Source: Azolla caroliniana (lineage: Eukaryota > Plantae > Polypodiophyta). Taken from it: a stretch of DNA of 8,862 bases. The position numbers and the translations under genes were made by a program. Positions within the stretch are counted from its first letter, which is position 1. Each line of letters opens with the position of its first letter. This document shows, piece by piece, positions 1 through 6,917 of the stretch. The stretch lies in NCBI GenBank assembly GCA_043228905.1, contig JBHGNT010001410.1, forward strand, positions 1 to 8,862. Direction: 5' to 3'. The notes beneath the pieces are model-generated. The model saw only the letters and a list, made by a program, of their open reading frames with translations, searched no databases and was not told the DNA's origin.

Positions 1-470
1 AGAGAAGAACTCATAAAAGGAGAATCTATTGTTGCTTTGTGGATGTCTGGAAATTATTCAGCCAGAGATGCAGGTTTCCAAAAGAGGTTTTCCACTTTGG
101 ATCACATATTGACCTTTGATTCCTTATTCAGGAAAGAAGAGCTCATACAGGAGAAACTGTTGTTTCTTTGTAGATTTCTGTGCTTGGCTCATGCATTGAC
201 TAGAAACTCTTAGAGTACCAATAGATATGCAATGGGGAATCTATACGTTATATGAATCACCATTGAGAAAAATGCCTCCTCCTAATTGATTGTTGGAGGT
301 TGTGGCTCACAAAATTAGAGTGAAACTAAGATGCCCACAATCACCCAATCTACTCCAATCTTTATATAGATGAGGTATGCAATTGCATATAGAGGAATAG
401 GTCTTTTGAGTGGAAAAGGTGCACATGCCTAGGAGGAGCAATATTGGGCCTTGATTCTCCTAAGGCAATC
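1..470 (+). mobile_element. Highly degenerate non-LTR retrotransposon reverse transcriptase fragment
   Basis: Manual translation across frameshifts gives RT-like pieces: RRTHKRRIYCCFVD (1-45), AGFQKRFSTLDHILT (71-115), LETLRVPIDMQWGIYTLYES (200-260), IRVKLRCPQSP (decayed GVKQGCPLSP, about 315-347), YIDEV. These are homologous to the minus-strand pieces at 5525-5640 and 2520-2760. The right boundary is approximate. Confidence 0.8.
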
Positions 471-492
471 TGTGCTTGACATGGATATGCAA

Positions 493-515
493 CCAATCTG
501 AAAGAAAAGCAACAA
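493..515. repeat. 23-bp direct repeat, partner at 1467-1489
   Basis: ccaatctgaaagaaaagcaacaa (493-515) vs ccaagctgaaagaaaagcaacaa (1467-1489), 1 mismatch. Confidence 0.8.
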
Positions 516-1474
516 TGTTACTAACATTTCTTGAGTTTTATATGAGCACAATATTGTCTTCAACTTATAAACAATATGCCCACATTAATGTATAATGTTA
601 TGTTAACTAGATGATTATGCAATCCAACTCAAAATGTGCTCATGATGATTTACAATAGAATATTAAAATCATATATAGATGGGATACTTGTTAGAAATAC
701 TGAGAATCGATTAGATAGGTATATAGAGTTACAACCCCAGAGATGGATATACGAACACAAAACTTCTATTACATATGAGAGTAGCTCACAATGGTAGTTC
801 ACCTATGCACTCACACCTTAGAGCTTAGATGGGATCTAGACCAGCCCACTACAAAATTAGTGGGGACTGATAATCGATCCAACCACTGTGTAAGAAAGTG
901 GATTATATTCTATGTTTGGTTTGAGTATAACATTAAATGTGAAAATCAGTTGATAGTAGTGGAGATTCCTTTTCTGTCAACTAATTTGTCATTTAATATG
1001 ACCCAACTCCCTAGATACAGGCTAGTGCTAGATAGACCTTGTATGAAGTCAATGGCACATCCTTCAAGACTAAGTACATCATAACTTGCCCACAAAATAT
1101 TCTAGTTGACTTGAATAGCCAATCCTATTAGCCTACTTCTCTCTTTCCTAAATACATTGTGTCCTACGCATCTACGGTTTCCTAAATTGACACCTTATCA
1201 ACCCATATGATCGAGTTGCAGACTAGCTTCTCCTCACTTGGGGCGCTATCACAAAATGTGCACTCTAAGAGCACGTATGGGGATAGATTTACAACTTGGG
1301 GCTGATCATTGATTATATCTAACAATACTGCCATGGCATAATATGGTTTTGTGCTTGTAAAGCAGTGTTCCTGCATGAATAAATAATGTTTTATGTTTTT
1401 TTATCTGTCAGGCCATATAAATGTGGTGGTTCTTTCACATTTTATTATAATTATTCTTCTTACAATCCAAGCTG

Positions 1475-2760
1475 AAAGAAAAGCAACAAAGATGTATAAA
1501 TATCTTTTAAGAGGCCAAAATGGACTATCACCAAACAAGAGGTTACATCTTAAAATGTTGTCTCATCTTTGCGAACAGCAAAACAAAAATAATCTATCTA
1601 GATAAAATTAGAAGTGACTAAAGAACTACATTGTCTATGAATGTAAGATTCTCAAATCAGATAAATTGTAATTTTTTCTTCGAAAAATCTCTAGCATAAG
1701 TCAATCCAAAATGGTGAAATCTAAAGCAAGGGAAGCACCTACAATGATAGGAGATCATGGCCTTTATCTATCGATGACAAGGGTGGTGAGATTGTGGTCC
1801 ACAAGGCAAAGGCTTACATGCACAACAAATTGTTATTGCCTGATCTATTGTAACCCCTTTGCAATGTCTTAGTCGGGAGCTCACTTGTGTAGCCCTTAGT
1901 TGACTTGTGGGATGAATAACATAAAATAAAATACAAGTGATGGGGATACAAAACGTTATTATTGTTCTTTGTTGATGAGGTTGTGTGGTGGTATTGTTGT
2001 CCAACAACTTCTTGCTACACCCTTAGGTTCTAGCAAGAACATTCCATTGTCTTGGTTAAAAAGGAATGGTATCTCCCTCTTATTTCATAAAAACCCCTAC
2101 AATGACAAACATAGGATTATTCAGATTTCATTCCCTGATGATGCAATTGGCAAATTCTTTGTTCCAAAGTTGTGTGCATATCCAACCTCAAACTCTAATT
2201 ATATGTGAAGGGGTCTGCAACTGCCCCTACCACATTGCAATGCATGGTATAGATGTATGTCCATATAAAAGGGCCTAATAATGTATGTAAAAAGTGTGCC
2301 TTACAGTGGGTCACCTTTTCCTCTCCCATGAAGAATTGCGGTTTTGAACTTGTTATCCATGCTTGAGTGGTGTTAAACACCATAGCTTTAGTTTTATCTA
2401 GGGTTACCGACAAATCTTTGTCAGTACAAAGTGGTTTTAAAAGCATTTAGAAGCATTTGCGGTCACTCCAAAGAATCGGAGATCAGCACAATATCATCAG
2501 CATATAGTAATATTTATATGGCTATACCCGCTACACATGTCCTTGAACTGCCAAATCTCTCAATGCAATGTAATATTTTATTTATATGGAGACAGGAGAG
2601 TGGGTGGTAGTGGGTATCCTTATTTTACTCCAAGTGTGCTACCCACAGCCTTCTACAACCCATTGGTTAGAAAATCACACTTTTTCCTTACACAAAGGCA
2701 TAGATTACCTATTGCAAATTTGAGGGACACCAAGGCCTTCTAGCTTCTGCATTAGTTGAG
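1475..2760 (-). mobile_element. Old degenerate LINE, 3' half (RT core, C-terminal Cys/His region, 3' UTR)
   Basis: Minus strand reads QLMQKLEGLGVP (about 2725-2760), LGVK*GYPLPPTL (about 2597-2634), ILLYADDIVLIS (YADD at 2493-2504), LSVTLDKTKAMVF, then after an apparent internal deletion near 2280-2300 LEQRICQLHHQG..YVCHC..FYEIRGRYH and TTTQPHQQRTIITF..KGVTIDQAI, all homologous to 4517-5277. The reverse complement of 1490-1590 matches the 3' UTR of the younger copies (aagatgtaacctcttgtttgg...ccattttggcctcttaaaaga). Many stops and frameshifts. Confidence 0.9.
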
Positions 2761-3063
2761 TGTGAAGTCAATTTGAGGTGTATAAGAATAAAGCATGATA
2801 TGAAAGGTTCAAGAGTTAAAAGACGAAGGAACTTGAAGGGATATAATGTTAGAGGCGTTTTTCAAAAGTAGAGAAAGCAGAAAAAAGAAAAAGAAAAAAA
2901 GACGCAGAAAAAAAACAAAAAAGGCAGGGCAAAGAAAAAAAGCTCATAACTTGTTCATCTCATATCCAAATTTCAAAAGAAAAGATTCGTAAGAAAGCTA
3001 ACAAAGAGATCTTTCTTGTATGACAAATTTGGGATGACAAAGCAGAAATAGTGATATAAAAAA

Positions 3064-3376
3064 GGGAAAAGTACCAGGATACCCCTGGAAGTTCATCTAG
3101 TTACCAGAATGCCCCTGGAAGTTCCAAATTTACCAAACTACCCCTATGTCCAAAAAATTACACTTTATAAAGTAATTATACACTCAAATCTACAAGCCCT
3201 ATTTACCAAAGATGGAAGAAATGGACCCGAACTAGCCCTATGTATCAAAGATTTGAGTGTATAATTACTTTATAAAGTGTAATTTTTTGGACATAGGGGT
3301 AGTTTGGTAAATTTGGAACTTCCAAGGACATTCTGGTAAATAGACGAACTTCCAGGGGTATCCTGGTACTTTTCCC
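3064..3376. mobile_element. Mutator-like (MULE) non-autonomous MITE / foldback element, 313 bp
   Basis: 128-bp terminal inverted repeats 3064-3191 and 3249-3376 (GGGAAAAGTACC...GGTACTTTTCCC, 4 mismatches by eye), 57-bp spacer, perfect 9-bp target-site duplication TATAAAAAA at 3055-3063 and 3377-3385. Long TIRs starting with G and a 9-bp TSD are hallmarks of the Mutator superfamily. Confidence 0.93.
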
Positions 3377-3456
3377 TATAAAAAAACACCTCACATAAAC
3401 TCGAGGATATGTAAAAAGAAAAGACAAAGAAAAAACAAGAACAACGCAACCAAAAA

Positions 3457-3467
3457 CCTATAAATAG
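3457..3467 (+). promoter_or_regulatory. TATA box of the LTR-like sequence
   Basis: CCTATAAATAG matches the plant TATA consensus often seen in LTR U3 regions. Activity is unknown. Confidence 0.45.
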
Positions 3468-3657
3468 GAGGGCAAGAAAAAAGGGGGGAGAGGGAGGAAG
3501 AATAGAATATGTACAAGAAGGGGGGAGTAGGAATAAGAAGGCTAGAAGTGAGAGGAGTCTTGGTAGAAGAAAAAAAGAAGAAGGAAAGACTATTATGAAC
3601 TAGTATCATTGAGATTAGAGTAGTTATTTGGGGTTGTTACTTTTGGAGTCTAAGAAC

Positions 3658-3833
3658 ATGGTATTGTTTTCCTAATGGTTTATTAAAGTATTCCTAATGG
3701 TTGATTTGTTCTCAAAGACGAGACAACACTCAAGATGTAATCTCTTATTTGGTCTTATAGGCCATTTTGGCCTCTTAAAAGACGTTAATATATCTTTCTT
3801 TCTTTCTTCCTAATGGTATTGTTTTCCTAATGG
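3658..3833. repeat. Cluster of four TTCCTAATGG motifs including a 21-bp direct repeat
   Basis: ttcctaatgg at 3669, 3691, 3807 and 3824; atggtattgttttcctaatgg at 3658-3678 and 3813-3833. Confidence 0.85.
3701..3808 (+). mobile_element. Young LINE copy 1: about 108 bp, 3' end only, (CTTT)n tail, with TSD
   Basis: Near-identical to about 4109-4216 and 5374-5476; ends tatatctttctttctttctt; flanked by ttcctaatggt at 3691-3701 and 3807-3817 (TSD overlapping the element ends by microhomology). Confidence 0.9.
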
Positions 3834-4216
3834 CAATTTGCCGTGCACGGAGGCCCCGGCCCCATGGACCACGACGTCAACACCCTTCTCATCGACAGAT
3901 AAAAGCCATTATCTCCCACCATCATAGGTGCTTCCCTTGCTTCAGAGACATTTCCATTCTGGATCGACCTATGCTAGAGATCTTTCAAAGACAAAAGCTT
4001 CAATATACCTAACTTGAGAGTCTCACATGTGCCAAAAACCAGATTCCCTCATTTCTTTTCTTTTCATCTTATTTACTTTTATATTTACTGTGTAATATTT
4101 ATTTTATTTTGATTTGTTCTCAAAGACGAGACAACACTTAAGATGTAATCTCTTATTTGGACTTATAGGTCATTTTGGCCTCTTAAAAGACGTTAATATT
4201 TCTTTCTTTCTTTCTT
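3833..4216 (+). mobile_element. Young LINE copy 2: about 385 bp, 5'-truncated (ORF C-terminus, 3' UTR, CT-rich tail)
   Basis: Colinear without indels to 5098 onward (offset 1265), about 16 substitutions in about 370 bp by manual count. The tail (tttc)n continues into a pyrimidine tract to 4243. Confidence 0.92.
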
Positions 4217-4243
4217 CCTTTCTTCCTTCCTCTTCTCTTCTCT

Positions 4244-5277
4244 ATAATAACCGAGGCATTGTTATGATCAGTGACATTTATCCCACGTCTTTGGGAGCTC
4301 CCTAAACAAAGGTACCCAAGGTTGGCACTTATGTCATCAAGACAACTGGCTGAAAATGGAGACACTCATTGTTGGTATTCTGAAATGCAGCAATGGTTCG
4401 AGTCACATGGCATGAGTATAAATGCAGTACCCCCGTTCCAATATAGCTTGGACTGTCCCCATCTAAATATGACCAAAGTGGAAAAGAACAAAGTGATCTG
4501 AACTGATATTATTAACTTGGAAAACAAGATAACATGGATCAGCCCCAAAATACCACTTGGTACAAAGATGGCCGACTATAAGACACATTTCTTCCACACA
4601 TCGGTGGATGGATTCGTTATCAGGCCACCTTATATGGACATACATCTATCCTATGAGTTGCGTAGTGTGATAGGCCAGCTGCGAACTTCATCACATCAGC
4701 TACAGATTGAGGTAGGCAGATATACACGACTACCTCTAGAAGAGAGAATTTGCCAATTGTGTCATCAAGGAGTGGAATCTGAGGAACACTATGTTTGTCA
4801 CTGTACTGTCTTTTATGAAATCAGAGGGAGATATCATTGCCTATTTAAACAAGGGTTTGGCCCACTACGCAAGGTAATGGAATATGAGGACAAACGATGC
4901 CTAGGACTTTTCTTGCTAGAGCTCAAGAGACATCGGGAAAACTTGTTAAAGAATACAACCACACAAGCTCATCCACAAAGAACAATTACAACATTCTTTA
5001 GCCCCATCACTCCTACAAATGCTACAAGTCCATCACGGGATACACAAATGGGCCCAAACCAGGACATAACGAAGGGGTTACAATTGATCGGGCAATAGCA
5101 ATTTGCCATGCACATAGGCCCTGGCCACATGGACCACGACCTCAACACCCTTCTCATCGACAAATAAAAGCCATTATCTCCCACCATCATAGGTGCTTCC
5201 CTTGCTTCAGAGACATTTCCATTCTGGATCGACCTATGCTAGAGATCTTTCGAAGACAAAAGCTACAATATACCTAA
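4244..5277 (+). pseudogene. Disrupted C-terminal portion of the LINE RT polyprotein
   Basis: ORFs 4271-4501 and 4517-5098 are in the same frame, separated by TGA at 4499-4501, with another TGA at 4265-4267. Comparison with the old copy (ORF 1768-2007, minus) shows a 1-bp frameshift near 5053-5058; the original frame continues GVTIDRAIAICHAHRPWPHGP...QKLQYT* to 5277, matching ORF 3830-4012. Confidence 0.85.
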
Positions 5278-5476
5278 CTTGAGAGTCTCACATGTGCCAA
5301 AAACCAGATTCCCTCATTTCTTCTCTTTTCATCTTATTTACTTTTATATTTACTGTGTAATATTTATTTTATTTTGATTTGTTCTCAAAGACGAGAAAAC
5401 ACTCAAGATGTAATCTCTTATTTGGTCTTATAGGCCATTTTGGCCTCTTAAAAGACATTAATATATCTTTCTTTCT
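4244..5476 (+). mobile_element. Young LINE copy 3: about 1.23 kb, 5'-truncated, RTE/RTEX-like C-terminal region
   Basis: Encodes LRTSSHQLQIEVGRY..ERICQLC..VESEEHYVCHC..FYEIR, a CCHC-type C-terminal region of non-LTR RT proteins. Has the same 3' UTR and (CTTT)n tail as copies 1 and 2. No convincing TSD seen; the 5' boundary is approximate. Confidence 0.9.
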
Positions 5477-5501
5477 ATCTTTTTTCTATATCTCTCTATC
5501 A

Positions 5502-6450
5502 CTGAACATGCAAAACAAGATGGAAGGCAGAAATAAATTCTCTTTTTGTTGGCTCTGCCGTCCTCTATAAGGGTTTGAATGTCAATATGTTATCCGTAGT
5601 TGTGAACTCTTTTCAAACGTCTACATTACCAGCTGAAGAGAGCCGTTCCTCTCAGCCCATACACTCAAAATTCTCGCGCTAGGATTGAGCCATATAGTTT
5701 AGCAAAATAATGGCCAATCATGATTGTCCTATATTTGATCGTCATCATGGGGTCTCCTGTCTTGAATTCTGGCACAATGGTATGTTCTGTCCAGCTAGTT
5801 GGAAAAACGTCAGAAATAGCTCTATTAAAGATGTGTGCTTGCAAAGGAAGCAAGGTGTCCCCGACATAGATAAAGTGCTCATTTACCAATTCATCATGAC
5901 CCTAGGCCTTCCCAAATTGTAACCAATCAATGTTGTTTCTTTCATTTTTGGGAGAAAGAGACATTATTGATAACTATTGGTGATTGTCCTAGTCCTATAT
6001 TTGATTGCCATCATGGGGTCTCCAGTCTTGAATTCTGGCACAATGGTATGTTCTGTCCAGCTAGTTGGAAAAACATCAGGAATAGCTCTATTAAAGATGT
6101 GTGCTTGCAAAGGGAGCAAGGTGTTCCCAACATAGATAAAGTGCTCATTTACCAATTCATCATGACCCTAGGCCTTCCCAAATTGTAACCAATCAATGTC
6201 ATTTCTTTCATTTTTGGGAGAAAGAGACATTACTGATAACTATTGGTGATTGAATGGATCCTCAGCTAGATTTGGCTTTAGACTAATTTGTATCAGGAGA
6301 CCATTTTGAACATTGGCAAAAGTCATTGATTCACAGAACATTCATTTCCACCTCTATCAAAACATCAGGGAAATCTGTGTGTAAGGGGGCAAAGCAACCA
6401 AATGCACCTGCATGTTGTTCAATATAAAACCTCTTACACTACTTGGAAGA
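5502..6450 (-). mobile_element. Old degenerate LINE, 5' half (N-terminal RT subdomains)
   Basis: Minus strand reads HIFNRAISDVFPTSWTEHTIVPEFKTGDPM..YRTIMIGHYFAKLYGSIL, then a decayed QAGFR-like segment and TLIEDGRANKKRIYFC. These are typical early motifs of non-LTR RT (P..W....I.P..K.GD.....YR.I). The upstream boundary beyond about 6250 is uncertain and may reach about 6700. Confidence 0.85.
5721..6252. repeat. Tandem duplication of a 260-bp unit inside the old LINE
   Basis: 5726-5986 matches 5992-6252 with about 11 substitutions. TGATTG occurs at 5721, 5981 and 6247, and an extra 6-bp gtccta duplication at the junction gives a 266-bp period. Confidence 0.95.
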
Positions 6451-6917
6451 AAAACATGTATACGTATACACACTAACTCGCTCCATCATCCCCAATTCAA
6501 ATGCCCAATGTTTCCCGCTCTATCTTAAGGAACAATTCATTGAAAGATACACAACTTATGTTTCCCTATCTGAGATATGTGTGGAGACTGAGTTGCAATT
6601 ATTCAATTTTTTCAAGCTCCACAAACAATCTCATCAAGCATATTGAGCAAGAAAAGTTTGTTCTGATTTAGTCTAAAAGCATTTGGCAATGGTAAACGAT
6701 CCTGTACAAATGCAGTGTCCTTGTCAATTATTATTATCAGCTACTTTGGAGCACTGATTTTGCCCACCTTGTCCCAATGATTCTTTCTTTGGATTAACAC
6801 ATCCATTTGAAGTTTTTCCATAACGTAATAGGCAGCTTTTTTGAGTAAGTTGCAATACGAAGCATGTAGACTATAGAAAAGTATTTAGTTTTTTTCTCCT
6901 TTTTGCATAACATGAAA

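Larger units (their letters stand above)
2761..5501 (+). mobile_element. Putative solo LTR (host of the MITE and three LINE insertions); LTR-like sequence mainly 2761-3700
   Basis: LINE homology stops exactly at 2760 and the new sequence starts TGTGAAG. It is non-coding and purine-rich, with CCTATAAATAG at 3457-3467 followed by a GA-rich tract. LINE homology appears to resume at 5502 right after ...CTATCA. Flanking 5-mers ttgag (2756-2760) and ctgaa (5502-5506) match only 3/5, so LTR identity and the right end are inference. Confidence 0.45.

Noticed and set aside
1233-1250. Minus-strand tagcgccccaagtgagg as a primer-binding site (TGGCGCC-like)
   Set aside because: Mismatch in the TGG, not preceded by a clear LTR CA end, and no supporting retroelement coding sequence.
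791-1376. ORFs 791-1084 (+) and 1182-1376 (-) as host genes
   Set aside because: Short, no recognisable domain, within the range expected by chance.
1458-1489. Possible 8-nt minus-strand microexon (tttcag|cttggatt|gtaaga)
   Set aside because: Splice-like motifs alone are insufficient, and the pyrimidine tract is explicable as the LINE tail.
3391-3609. Hydrophobic ORF resembling a membrane peptide
   Set aside because: Artefact of the GA-rich low-complexity strand bias.
3609-3613. Perfect ttgag TSD defining a solo LTR at 2761-3608
   Set aside because: Not adopted as the main model because host LINE homology does not visibly resume after 3613, and a 5-bp match after some CA can arise by chance. 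Kept as an alternative.
3658-4216. Repeat-spacer-like pattern suggesting a CRISPR-type array
   Set aside because: Repeats are irregular in length and spacing, are explained by TSDs and LINE tails, and the context is plant nuclear DNA with no cas genes.
4114-5570. Paralogous small ORFs 4114-4305 and 5379-5570 as a peptide family
   Set aside because: They are translations of the duplicated LINE 3' UTR with non-ATG starts; similarity is fully explained by the repeat.
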